A stretch of DNA of 63,166 bases, filler included, from Sphacelaria rigidula (Eukaryota): NCBI GenBank assembly GCA_964200075.2. It is 11 parts of 11 records of this genome, joined end to end, with 100 filler letters (N's around TTAATTAATTAA, not from the genome) between each part and the next. Parts side by side here need not be neighbours in the genome. Positions count along the whole stretch, not along the records: positions 1 to 5,652 come from CAXNAA020025547.1; positions 5,753 to 11,404 come from CAXNAA020025548.1; positions 11,505 to 17,156 come from CAXNAA020025549.1; 8 more parts are not named here. The stretch is one strand, 5' to 3'. How positions within the stretch are numbered: position 1 is the stretch's first letter; the number at the start of each line of letters is the position of its first letter. The position numbers and the translations under genes are program-made. Under the pieces are notes generated by a model, which ran no database searches, was not told the DNA's origin, and was given only the letters and a program-made list of their open reading frames with translations. Below are positions 1 through 11,937 of the stretch, piece by piece.

Positions 1-150
1 AAAAAAAAAAAAAGAAAACACCGCAGAAGGAAGTTGGGGAACTAAAAAAAAAAAAAAAAAAAAAAACTCGTGTGTGACCCCGGCTAGTGCGCCCACATAT
101 ACTGAAAGGTGTAGACTGACGTCCAGAATATATGCGACGACAACACACAG
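1..150 (+). mobile_element. 3' part of tRNA-derived SINE (family C)
   Basis: GTGTGACCCCGGCT.GTGCGCCCACATATAC.GAAAGGTGTAGAC...GACGACAACACAC matches the copies at 24152 and 24980. Confidence 0.7.
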
Positions 151-1926
151 CTGCCAGGCGGTGTCCGAGCAGCCGCTGACTGGTACGGGGGGGTGCTACC
201 GTCTCGTGTGCGTTGTATTGTAGGGAATAGCAAGTGCCGCCAAAATACATGCGGGCACATGTTTACGGTGGTGGAGTTGGTCGCGCTTTGTGTGTGTGGA
301 CTGGTAGGTGGCAACAGTACAGCACGAGTAGAGCCGTAGCTGCGTGTGGTTGGCGGTCCCTGTGAGTGATCTCGTCAGAGCACAGAGGCCGCACCGCCAA
401 TGTGGACAAGGCCTGATAGCGTCACACCGAGACAGATATGTGTCCCCGTTGCTGCTCCGTACGACATGGAAACGGCTGTAGCAAGGTTTGAATGTATATG
501 TCCATACCGTGCGGTATTTGTCGAGATGTACCAGGTGGGCAGAAAAGAAAATAGATATCCCTGCTGTACTCGTACACGCCTCAGATTCCGTCTGATAAAC
601 TTACCCTTGATGTGCTGTATGCGCCTGTATTTGTGTTTCCTCTTCGTCTATGTCGAATCAAACCTGTTCACTGTCTGAAATATCGAGGAACGCCTCCAAC
701 ACGAAGCAAGTGTCGCTGTAGATGCCGCCGCGCCCCCGGTGACAAACTGAAGCTATGTATTCAGTTGTGAAGAGTGCTGGTTCGGTTCGATTCGATTCGA
801 TTCGACTCGACTCGATCCGCAGTTGATGCATTCTGGGTTTCCCTTATTCGGAAGTTTTTTTTTTTCTTCATTTTTTCACTTTTCGTCGTTGAAATGCGAA
901 GACGTGAAAAAAAGATATATATATATATTTTTTTTTCACGAAAGCTGGCGCAATGCGGGGATAATCCAACAATCCGCGATACAAAAATGCAAAGCGTGTG
1001 TACCGAGGAGAGATGGACAAGTTGATCCCTTCTTGAGAGCATGGACTTGTCTCGAGCAACTGAAGAGTTTAAGGCCAGGTCGAGTGGGGGTATACCCGAT
1101 ATTGTCAGTATTTTGAAGAGAGGAGATCCGACTCATGCCCACAGTAGCGGCCAGTCCTGCGCTCTTGTTCCCCTCTCTGAAGCCCATACAAGCCATTGTG
1201 AATGACTTAGGCAGGTGACGTGTGACTTTTCAAAGCACCACGACTATTCAAGGGTGTGTTCTGTAGGATATACCGGCTGGAATCAGGGTGTTTTACAAAA
1301 ATATTTTGAAGATGTATCTTCTCGATAAATACTCTTCCGAACCATACTGGATTGTTCGGAACAAGGCTCAATACCTTGCTATTCAGACCATACCAGAATG
1401 TTTCGGTACACATCACAATATGGTTTAGGATGCCAACCAACAACCCCCTCACTTTTGGGTATACCCCCATATTGTATAACGCAACATTGAAGATGTGGGG
1501 TATTACTTTCACACCCTCGACAATATATGGTCAATAGATGCCACAGATATACATATATATATTATGGGTAAAGTACAGGCCTATATAAACTATTGTCGAC
1601 AACACAACAGATGCTATAGGCCTTTACGTTACCCAGTATATGATTTTGTTTATTGCATGTATTGACCATATAGTATCATTTTCCAGGGTGTGGAGAGTCT
1701 GGAAGCGTGACAGCAAAATTTCACACCTTCTTTAAAACATGTCTCGTTTCTCTTTCAACGAGCTCTTGAGTTTTGTTTTGTCTCGGGTACGTCCATCATG
1801 TGACCGCGACTGGATCCCTGGGGCTTCAGTTCAAGTGAAACAAACGATCGACCAATTTATCAATCAAACTCCCGCTCCCCCCGTCGCCCCCACCCGCTAT
1901 GGCTCCTGTCTCTCGTCATGGAATAG

Positions 1927-2058
1927 TCTTGCTTACCATCTACGCCGGTGGCGGATGCTGTGGAAGCTCTGGACATGGCACAGCTTCACCTCGGCTCCGG
2001 GGGCGGTCTGCAGACTGCACACGATCTTGGTCACCACGCGGCTACCTTGCTTCTGCAG
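1927..2058 (+). CDS. CLU: Clustered mitochondria (CLU/Clueless) protein, TPR region, internal exon a
   Basis: AG/GT bounded, 44 codons: SCLPSTPVADAVEALDMAQLHLGSGGGLQTAHDLGHHAATLLLQ. Splices in frame to the next exon. Confidence 0.8.
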
Positions 2059-2249
2059 GTACTTGAGCTTTTCTTGAAGTTCTGCTTTGTATTGTTTTGA
2101 TTATGTTGGGTTTTATTTTCATTTCCATTTTATTTTATTTTATTCGTTGTTCATCATTATCGTCTCTTTAATCTTGTCATTTTTTTTTAATTCCGTTTTT
2201 TTAATTATTGTGTGGTTACCGTCGACTGTGCTTTCGCAAAACTCTCCAG

Positions 2250-2399
2250 GCGTGCGACGGGATGCATTCCAAGTATCCCGCGGCCCTGACGCTTCAGGCT
2301 AGGGTAATGTATCACTTGGGCGATGCCGACGCGGCCATAGCTTATCAGCTCAAAGCCTTGGCGTACTTCGAGCAGCTCGAGGGCCTTGACTCATCCCAG
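2250..2399 (+). CDS. CLU: CLU protein TPR region, exon b
   Basis: AG/GT bounded, 50 codons: ACDGMHSKYPAALTLQARVMYHLGDADAAIAYQLKALAYFEQLEGLDSSQ. Resembles the CLU pattern G-MH...LAR..Y..GD...A...Q.KA....E...G.D. Confidence 0.88.
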
Positions 2400-3026
2400 G
2401 TGTGGAAAATAATCGATAATCCCTCGGCTAGCAGGGGAAAATATATCTTTTTAATTATTGGAGGGAAGAGGGAGGGGGAGAGCAGGGCTCAGTCCGAACT
2501 CGGCATGTGTTTGCTCACAATGTTGATGCCGCATTTTTCAGTTACACCCGCGAGAAGGAGTAGAACATGATGGTAGAAGTATGCTTGTTGCTGTTCCATT
2601 TGGGGTAGTGTGTATGTAGTATGCGTATGCGTGTGCGTGTGCGTGTGTGTAGCAGTTTTTACATGGTTGAATATGAGGGTGCGGTAGGTCGGCTCTGTGG
2701 TGTTGGTTCAAGCCGAAATATGCGATATAAATAAAATCTGTGTCGGGTGAGAGGATGCTCATCATCAGGCATAAAATGTCACGCATTGTACGATTATCGC
2801 ACTATTTTCGTGCTTCATTATTTGGGAGTTTTCGAAGACGATTTTTCATGTATCAGTGGCTACCGACGTCGTGATGCTTTTTTTTCTTTCCTTCTTTCCA
2901 AAGCTTTTTTTTTTGCTTACGTACTAATCCCCCCGCTGCGCGCACCCGTCCCCTGTGCATTGTCTTTTTTTTTTTCTTGTCCTTCTTACTATTATAATGG
3001 TTATAATCCATAAATGCTGTCGATAG

Positions 3027-3085
3027 GTGATTAAGTCCCACGAGCACCTGGGGCTGTACTACATGCTGTCCGGTCTGTACGACAG
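3027..3085 (+). CDS. CLU: CLU protein TPR region, exon c
   Basis: tag|GTG...AG|gt, VIKSHEHLGLYYMLSGLYD(R). Phase 0 to phase 2, compatible with both neighbours. Confidence 0.8.
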
Positions 3086-4670
3086 GTGACAATTGCGTTT
3101 TTTTTGTTTTTTTCAGCACTCGAAGAGTAGTACTGTATTCCATACTGAGTCTACCCGACGACTAAGTGTGTTTTGTGTGTCCCGAGTCGTACTGGAATTC
3201 GTTTTCTACGCTTGCGTGATGCATGAGATCGCATTACGGCAAAGTAACCCTGCACCTGAGGGATGTTGATTCCTTGCACTGATCTGTTTCATACAAGAAC
3301 CAAGATATTTTCTCTCGTGTTTCGTGGGGTATCATTCTAAAGTAAGTGTGTATCATAAGGTTTTGTAGCACCACTCCAGACATGGACGAGTGAAGATACC
3401 GATTTTTTGTCAAACAGTTGATGTTGAACGAGATCAACTCTTTTTTTCTTTGCTTTTTTTTTCCCCCTCGTGTATCGTGCAGTAACACTTCATTTGGTGT
3501 GTAGCAATCCTAGGCTTAGCGGTGACGGAAAGGTTCTTGGTTCTTTCCGTTCTGGCGCATGTGTTGAACCGAGTGTTCATTTTTATTTTGTTTTGTTTTG
3601 TTTTTTTGTGTGCTTGTGTAGTGCAGGGGGTTCTACCTCAGCATCCCCGGGCAGGAGAAGAGGAGTGAGGTGTTTTTTTTTTTCCTGAGCTTTTTCATCC
3701 CTCCGTACCCAGGATCGTTTCACTGGGTCAGCCGAAAAACATGCATACCCCGGGTGCACACAAATATTTTCACACGTCCGACAGCTCATGAGCTATCAAA
3801 TATTATATTAGCCCCTACGGAACTAGACCCCCCAGAGAGTGCTGATTTTTGTTCTTGTGAATCGGCATCACTTTCAGTCATTTTCTAGTCATGATGATGC
3901 CGATTCACAAACATTGAAAAAAAAAATCAGCTCTTTGGTTCCCAAAGGATTAGTCGTTGTGAGTGTACTGATTCGGATCATGAACTATTTAGCTCCTTTG
4001 GCCCATTTTCCCCATAGTTGCTCCCTAGAGCGGTGAATGCCGGACACGCGGAGCAGCGCAAAGATAGCGCTTTGACTTCTTGGACCCTGCTGTCACGTAC
4101 TCTGTGTTGTTGGATAAGGGGACTGAGATTCCTCTTCGATTATTTTTAGTTTTTAGGTCGCTCACAAGCTGTCCGAGACGTTTTTTTTTTTCCTTCTGAG
4201 TTTCCCGAATCAGCCCGATCCAAGCATCTCGCTGTGAACTGCAGAACAACCTATGATAATGATGCACGCTGTGCCGTTAAAAGAGAAGTGAAAAATGTAC
4301 TGCGAGATACATGACCTCAACGTCGGAACCAGATTCTGCGAGACGTGAAGTATCTTTAGGGAGTCGAAGTCGTGGCCGCCATGAATGGAATCTCCTGTAT
4401 CACCTGAGACCATCGGGGCGCACTGGTTGTGCACCAAGGAGTTTCATGCATGCGGAACCCAACGTTGAGAATTTCAAGCTGAAAATTTTACAAGAATCTT
4501 CTGCACGGTAGTTGAGATATTTGTGACGAAAGCAGCAACATTTATTTTGTTTTTATTCACTGAGTTTTTTTTTTTTCAGTATTCTCTCATTTATGTTTTC
4601 GCCCAAAGTTCAAATTTGTTTCAACTCTCTGTTGTTGTCGTTGTTGTCGTTGTTGTTGTGGTTTGGCCAG

Positions 4671-4805
4671 GGCACTGGCGCACATGCGCGCGTTTTGCTA
4701 CCTGGTGGAACTGACCGCGGGACCGCACCACCCTGAGTTGGCCTCTGGGTATCACCGCATGGGAAGGGCATATCAGGAGATCGGCAGTGTCATGATGGCT
4801 CTACG
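4671..4805 (+). CDS. CLU: CLU protein TPR region, exon d
   Basis: cag|...|gtaagc, ALAHMRAFCYLVELTAGPHHPELASGYHRMGRAYQEIGSVMMALR. Contains the CLU-type G..HPE motif. Confidence 0.88.
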
Positions 4806-5362
4806 GTAAGCGCTACTGCCGACTTCTGCCCAAAAATCACCTGCGAAGGAATACTCACGGGGTCATTTACTCGTGATATGTTGTGGTGAGATGGAGCAGA
4901 GGCGACAAGGATCTGTGTTTTGTTGACGGACTGGACCCGATCGGTTTTGACGTCACTGGGTAGGTAGGTATGCCCGAAGTGGATTATGACTTATGTACTT
5001 TGGTTGGGTCGGTTCAGTCATTTGTTCGTAATGTGTTTTTTCACTGTTTGCACGATTCCTCAGGTCAGTTGTTTTCCGTTATTCCTCTTTTCTTCTTTTT
5101 TTCCTAATTTCTTCTTTTTTTCCTAGTTTCTTCCTCTCTGATTGAAATCCACGAAAGAGAGGTGCAATGTGTGAAGTTTGATAACGACTGCTATTTTTGG
5201 CAAAAGTGAAAAAAAAGAAGAAAGCGGCACTACTGTACGTGCTCCAGTCGTGGCTGGCAGACGCGTTCACCCGAGTTATGATCGAAACATGTCACAAACT
5301 ACCGCTCTCGTCCTCAGGTAATCATTATTTCACTTCTTTTATCCCGTGCACTTGACACTGTC

Positions 5363-5652
5363 GGTCGCCCCGGTGGCTCAGTTGGTATGCTCGAAACCCT
5401 CTGACGGTTGGGTCGCGAGTTCAATTCTCGGAGCAATCTGGGATTTTTTCTCATACCATGCCCAGCAGTGGAGAGCGACTATGTCGTGGGTACACAGAAA
5501 TGCGACTTGACGGTCGACGAGGAAAATGGATTGCTGAACCCCTCTCGCGATAAAAAATAAAAGGCAAGCACCGCAAAAGGAAAATGGGGTACTAATAACA
5601 AATAGAAAGGAGAAAGCTCCTGTGTTGACCTTCCTCCTGTGTGACCCCGACT
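5363..5652 (+). mobile_element. tRNA-derived SINE (family C), truncated by scaffold end
   Basis: Head GGTCGCCCCGGTGGCTCAGTTGGT (A box) and GAGTTCAATTC (B box). The body is shared with at least 5 other copies in the window. Confidence 0.75.
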
Positions 5653-6909
5653 NNNNNNNNNNNNNNNNNNNNNNNNNNNNNNNNNNNNNNNNNNNNTTAA
5701 TTAATTAANNNNNNNNNNNNNNNNNNNNNNNNNNNNNNNNNNNNNNNNNNNNTTGCGAATTCCGAGCCTCTTGAACAAAATAAATGAAATTTCGATGGTC
5801 CGTTGAACCTCAATTAAATGTTGAGCCTCAAAAACGAATCCAGGCAGTTACAGAAAGAAACAAATTGGCCCGTGACGTGGTACCCGGGCCAGCAAAGGCA
5901 AAAAAAACTCAAGACAGGACGAGACAACAAGACAATGCCCAAAGGGGGATTTATCACCACAACCAGATACTGATTGTCACCCTTTACTCTAACTCGCACT
6001 TTTACATCAGACTGCAAAGCTGACGAGATGATACGCAACATTGTGGAAGGGGCGGGGAAAGCACTCCAGAATCGCCCCAGCTGAAATCCATTGGAGAACG
6101 ACTGTGACATTCAAGCCATGCACCATGGAAAGTATCATGAAATATTCACAACTTACGAGCTTCCTGAACATAGATATTACGTACTTGAATAAAAAGAACT
6201 CTTCTTGTACAATGCCGATCAGCATACATCATGATGGGCCGATCACAATACAAAGATGGAGCTAGCAACGACTTCTCCTTACTCAAACCCCCACAGCATA
6301 CTCGACACACATCTGGATTTATAAAAACCAGGCGATCGGCATGATCGTCTGTCTCGCGTATTTTTCATTACAGAACATCTGAGTGACGGCACCATGAAAC
6401 ATGTACAAGAACGCAGGGAACATAACTACACTAAAAACACCACCTTCATTGGGACAAGTGACTCGACCTCACCGTGTTTTCCAAGTTGAAGAATCTCGAC
6501 ACGAAACGCTCATATCACAAATAACGAAACATACTGAGTGAGCATTCTACAGCGGAACTCTTGGGTTGCCCGAGGCAACCAACTGCATACATCTGTCACT
6601 TTACCCACATCTCCACCCCCATGCAAATACGTTCGTTTACAACAGACACGTTCTTTCATATGGGAACAAAAAATGTGAGTACGCCTTGGATTCGTGCTTC
6701 GCAGAAATTTGACGAACTGGGAGGTCAGCAAACCCTTTGCTTCCCCCCCCCCCCCTTCTCTCCCGGTCTGTCGGGAAAGTCCGAACGTGAAGCAAAAACA
6801 ACGAATACTCAAACACAGCGTATTTACACAGCAGGGTGAAAAAAAACGGACAGAAAAACAGCAGTTGTTTTGCTCTCCAAAGTACGACGCTGGTGAAACA
6901 GGAGTGCCA

Positions 6910-7128
6910 CTAAACACGATCCTCATCATCCACGAGGCCACGTACACCCGCCCAATAACCATCTAAGGCATGAGCGACATGACCTGCATGGAACCAACCC
7001 GCTTGGAACAGCACTTTGTCGGGTGGGGCCACTATGGTAACCCCCCGCGCACCCAGGACATACGAGCACCACACTGGCTGTACTTGATCGCTGTAAGGGT
7101 TTCCTGGCAAATAGTCTGGCAATATCAC
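6910..7128 (-). CDS. Iodothyronine deiodinase-like protein, last exon
   Basis: cag|VILPDYLPGNPYSDQVQPVWCSYVLGARGVTIVAPPDKVLFQAGWFHAGHVAHALDGYWAGVRGLVDDEDRV*. Continues the fold (V..D....N....Y...hydrophobic strands). Phase 0. Confidence 0.7.
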   Translation of the reverse strand: MILPDYLPGNPYSDQVQPVWCSYVLGARGVTIVAPPDKVLFQAGWFHAGHVAHALDGYWAGVRGLVDDEDRV

Positions 7129-8699
7129 CTGATGTTGCGGCATGCAGGGGTTGGCAGGTGGGGGAGCGTATGGGAAGGAAGTGATCAGAAAGCAAGAACG
7201 GGCGCTGCTCGCATCAACGAGGCGACATGAACCTGACCCTCATCTGTTTCCAGAGCTGCTACTCCTCAAAATGGAGATGACAAGTAGAGAGAGCAGTCAT
7301 ACCCCACTTACCGATACAGGACGCGGGTTAGACGTGGCTGTTGTGACCGGGAAGGCGTATCATACGAACCTCGATTATGGACTTCGGGATGTGGTTCTAT
7401 AATGCTGCGCAACCTTATTCAGGAACGGAAATGCGGAGACGAAACTGGAATAAATTACAATTGTAGGGGTTCAGACGGCATGGATAAAACAGCGACCACC
7501 TTGTGGATAAACTTGGTGACGTGTGCGTGTTTGTAGGAGTGGATTAACGTATGCGCAGCAGGTAGAAGGACTGGTCCGACTCCATGGGATGGCCTTATTT
7601 CGAAATCGAAGCAAACGTTGACGATATGCGGTGTACGCAGAGGGTCCGTCCGTTTCCTCATTTCTCTTCGGCGCCGCTGCTCGAGATGCCTCGTGTTTGA
7701 CACCAAGCATTCGACACTACATGCAGAAAGGGATGAAAAAATGGGATGATTTTAGAGACCTGTTGAAACATTTCAACAATCAAAGCATGTTATGTTTTCT
7801 TCAAAGCGCGAGGAACTCGTATATGAGGTCCCGCCAGCGCGATGATCTCAGCATCAGCTCGCACAGACCACAGGATATGCTGTCGAATTGTCCGGCATGC
7901 ATAACGAGCACGAAGAAAGTAACACTACATGATACACGGGTCTCCCACGCCAACACAGGACGTCGGCAACGGTTCTGCCGGACAGGGGAGTACTCGTTGC
8001 CCACGCACGACACGTGATTCTCCCGCACTCAGGACAACATACGGTCAATACAATAGTTGCAACAGACAAAAAATGTACTGCGTAAAGTATAGTCATATTG
8101 CAAATGTTGACCACAAATTGTCAAGAGCGTGGAATCTTCATGTTACAATAGTTGGGCACTCACCACCAGCTGAATCGACCACATGGATCAATTCGTTAGG
8201 ACCGCGGGGAACAAAAAAATGCGTGTTTTGCTCCAAGTCTTCCAGAATTCGATATTAAGAGGTGAGATGAGAGCGTACGGGAACACACGACGTTGTCCGG
8301 TGACGGTAATTATTTCGAAGATAGCCTGTGACCGCGTAGATCCGTTTTCGAATCAAGCTTGTCCTACAGGAGCGCGTTATAACTTGTATCACCTTCCAGT
8401 CAGTGAGTTGGTTAGTGCCGAAGCAGGATAGCCTGTTCCGATCGCTTCCGAGCCCGATGTGTCAAAGACTCTGAGGTATGGCGTGAATCAAATCCAACCC
8501 TACGTGAGGCGACCATATTATATATATCGTTCGGTTCAAGACGTGATAGTGCTGTCGACGAGACTTGGGAGGGGTTGACAGCAGTACATACTGCCGTGAG
8601 TGCAAGACAATTATCCCACGTATCAGACGCTCGACTAGAATTAAGGTCTAAGATGGTACATCTCAACAGGGTAGTATTATAGTACACGTAGCACCCTGC

Positions 8700-8891
8700 C
8701 TGCGAAGGGTGAGTGCTGTTGACGATCTTCGCAGCCATGTTCAAGCGCTCTTCATAGCTGAGAGGCTGGTTGACGACACTCCATGGCATCGGTCGAAAAA
8801 TGCCCTGATCGAAGTTGGTGCCGGGTATCACCGGGTGCGGCTCCGGCCCATAAAGGTGCACAAAAGTCGCTCGATCTTGATATTCTTCCAC
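8700..8891 (-). CDS. Iodothyronine deiodinase-like (thioredoxin-fold) protein, penultimate exon
   Basis: cag|VEEYQDRATFVHLYGPEPHPVIPGTNFDQGIFRPMPWSVVNQPLSYEERLNMAAKIVNSTHPSQ. Aligns by eye to the deiodinase pattern VEEF...ADF..VYI.EAHP...Q....EER...A. Confidence 0.72.
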
Positions 8892-9781
8892 CTGTGAAAC
8901 GGTGCGTGAAATTTTGCAGAAATGCGACGGGACGAGCACGTTAATACTCCGGGGACTAAGGCCTCAGGTGGACCCTAGCCGGACAGCTGAAAACATGTGA
9001 GAATAGCTGCTTTGGTTGAAAAAATATTAGATAATAAGCACAGGTTGAGTGTAACGGTAGTTTGTGTTTCCACTATCCCCAGAAGTGGTCCTCGCCCAGA
9101 GAAAAAAAAAAAACTGTCAGATTGAGTGTGTGTCTAGCGTTGTGACTAACAGTGAATTTTCCACACTCTGGATAATGACAGTAGATTACATTGCCAAAAA
9201 GTGTACTGTACTGCGTACAGTATGGGCTCTTGCGTCTATTGCAATAGACAATATATCCCATACTGTATACAGTACATTTGTCGTCATACATGGTCATTAT
9301 TCAGCGTGTGGAAATTTCACAACTCGCTCCAACTTCAACTCTTCATTTTCTGTGTGTGTGAGAGAGAAAGAGCAGAGTCAGTGCTTCGACAGGATGTAAC
9401 GGCTGTTAGACCGATTCGTGCGTATGCCAGTATATGCTGGATGATATTTTCGCCTGTCATGCCATTCTGACGGCAATGCTGTCGGGAGAGTGTCCACGAC
9501 AGTTGTGCTACCCGAAGCGCGTCGTATTATTGCGGATAAGGAGGAATCCAAAATTGATCTATACATGTGACATGTGTACCCTGGGATTCTAAGACCACTG
9601 ATGCACGTGTAGATTGGGTGGCGAGTGGGGGCACAGTGGGCGTAAACCCGGCGGTTAAAACACCCTGGCCGTTTTCAGCGATGAGAATGGAACCATGATG
9701 CGATTTCATTGCTATGGTTAGCGATCTTCGGTTCTACTTTTGCTTGGCTTCGCGTGTCGAGCGGGGGAGTTGCTCCGGCAG

Positions 9782-10056
9782 AGTTCACCCCTTGGTAAGG
9801 TGAGGTTGACTCACGGTTTCAGTGTGGGCACCGAAATCTGGATCTTCAATGAGAGGGGGGGGTGCTCCTAGTGTGTCCAGAACGCGTTTCTGTCTAAATC
9901 GGCGCCTCCGTCAACGCACACTTTGCCTCGGGAACACTTTGCAACCTCCTTGCCCGAGGGTTTTCGACATGCCTACGTTGGGGTGAGGGTTAGGGTTAAG
10001 ACTATTCGAATTCATGAATTTCTGAGTAAGTTTTTCACCTTACCAAGTGGTGAACT
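9782..10056. mobile_element. Small TIR element (MITE)
   Basis: 22-bp inverted ends AGTTCACCCCTTGGTAAGGTGA / TCACCTTACCAAGTGGTGAACT. Confidence 0.55.
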
Positions 10057-11599
10057 AACCTCTTTTGATCGCCCACATTAAAACCGGGAAAAATATTCAA
10101 AAACAAATTTCCGGGTCTCGCTGATGGAGAAATTGAGTTCGCCAGTCAGAAACGAAGGGTCTGTGCGGTCAGTTCGAAGACAACAACCCCGCAAGGCCTT
10201 CTGTGCACATTACATACACTCTACCCTGGTGCCTTGCTTACGGCCGTACTATCGGTACAACAGTATTGATGCTTCAAGATAAAATTATGCCGACGGAACA
10301 GACACCCACCCTGGAAGTGACTATATATAGATAGACCCGAACTAGAATGAACAGACTGGCCCATCCTGACGATCAAGAAGTACTTTTACAGCTGGCGGGA
10401 GCAAGAGGTGACGCTTTCCAAGGGATACTTGGTGATACCCATAGACAGGGAAGGAGCGAAGGGGGCGGCGGCGGCGGCGGCGGCGGGGGGGGGGGGGGGG
10501 GGGGGGGGGAAAAAAAAAAACAAAAATGCCCGGGCGGAGGGGGATAGATGGCGATCTTAATTAATTTTAANNNNNNNNNNGAGGCGTGGGGGGGGGGGGG
10601 GGGGGTGGGGGTCGAGGGGGGGGCGGGGGACGAGGTAAGCTAGTGACTGGAGGTCAGAGAAGACAACACTATACTGTACTGCGCTGTACGGTGTAGTTCG
10701 CGGCTTTGTTTATCTTTACAGGCAAGAGACACCCTCAGGGTATGGGTCAAATGTGCTGCATAAGCATAATATTCCAAAAATGAATGCAAGACAGAGATAG
10801 CCCACCATGGCGGTCCAAGGATTCAACTTTGCAACTGGCAGCAGGAACAGGTAACGCGCTCGAAGGGTATGGTGTAATCTGTAATCTGATTCTTAGTGAT
10901 CCAATACACAAAGGGAACGAACGCAGCGGGGGGTAGAGAAGACAAAACCGTACTGTACTACACAGTACTGTACTGCGATACTGTGAGGTTTAGTTCGGCT
11001 TTATGTCGACCTATGCAATCACCCTCAGGGGGGGGCGGGGGGTGAGGTAATCTGCGTTGCATTGACACAGTTTTGACGTAGAAACGGAAGACGAACAGAC
11101 AATTCGGGTGATACACTGCAGCAGGGACGTGTGCGTATCATCGGTGCAGAAGGTTTTCTGCGCTTCTTTTCCGACCGATCTGAAGGATCACTCTCATCTC
11201 ATTGGCTTGCGCCATGTTTCCATCAGGGAGACCCACGACACGTTTTGCAAAAAGTTTCCAATGTTTCGGACTCGATTAGCATAGCTAGGAGTTTGTCTTT
11301 TTTCTTTGCCCCCTCCCCCCCCCGCCCCCTTTTTGCGGTAACCATGACGGTAGTCGAGCTAGATCATGTTGTGCGGCGTGGGAGAACCTCAACTCCGCAC
11401 AATGNNNNNNNNNNNNNNNNNNNNNNNNNNNNNNNNNNNNNNNNNNNNTTAATTAATTAANNNNNNNNNNNNNNNNNNNNNNNNNNNNNNNNNNNNNNNN
11501 NNNNTAAGGGGGGTGGGGGGGGGGGGGGAGGGGTGTACTCATGCATGATCATATGATCATAAGTACACCCCCCCCCCCTCCCCAACCCCTTTAATATTA

Positions 11600-11760
11600 A
11601 TGTAATGAGCTGCGGAAGAAACGTAATGAGCGCCGGAATGTTGGAGGCGTCTAGGTGTCTAGTAGAATTAAGAACGGTGCTCCGTCTCGAAAGGGATGCG
11701 CGGTCAATGGTCACACGACTAAGGCAAGCAACAAATATGTACGCCCCCCCCCTCCCCCCA
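11600..11760 (+). mobile_element. LINE 3' end fragment (family B) with poly(C) tail
   Basis: GGAAGAAACGTAATGAGCGCC...GGGATGCGCGGTCAATGGTC...GGCAAGCAACAAAT..GTAC-Cn, the same as 41424-41812. Confidence 0.75.
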
Positions 11761-11817
11761 ACCCCTTTATTTTCGCGCGCTTGCACCTGTTCAAAATACA
11801 ATCGTGAACTGATGAAG

Positions 11818-11937
11818 GCCTTGGATACCGCCGGGAGGCCCCATCACCAGCACGAATTCATGGATCCGTACTTTGTGGAGGGAACTTATGTCACCGTCCA
11901 CGCGGCCACTTACATTCCAGGGCGTTACCTCGCCGTT
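11818..11937 (+). CDS. WD40-repeat protein, exon a
   Basis: aag|ALDTAGRPHHQHEFMDPYFVEGTYVTVHAATYIPGRYLAV|gtaagt. Joins the next exon as YLAV-VCSDHSV. Confidence 0.6.

Noticed and set aside
5363..5435. tRNA genes here and at 18010-18085, 24152, 24980 and 53580-53650
   Set aside because: A/B boxes are present, but I see no complete cloverleaf and most continue into a shared repeat body. They are SINE heads.
10557..10580. TTAATTAATTTTAA next to an N10 gap, resembling a spacer
   Set aside because: It is off the 5752-bp period and lies in low-quality sequence after a poly-G run. No biological meaning can be supported.
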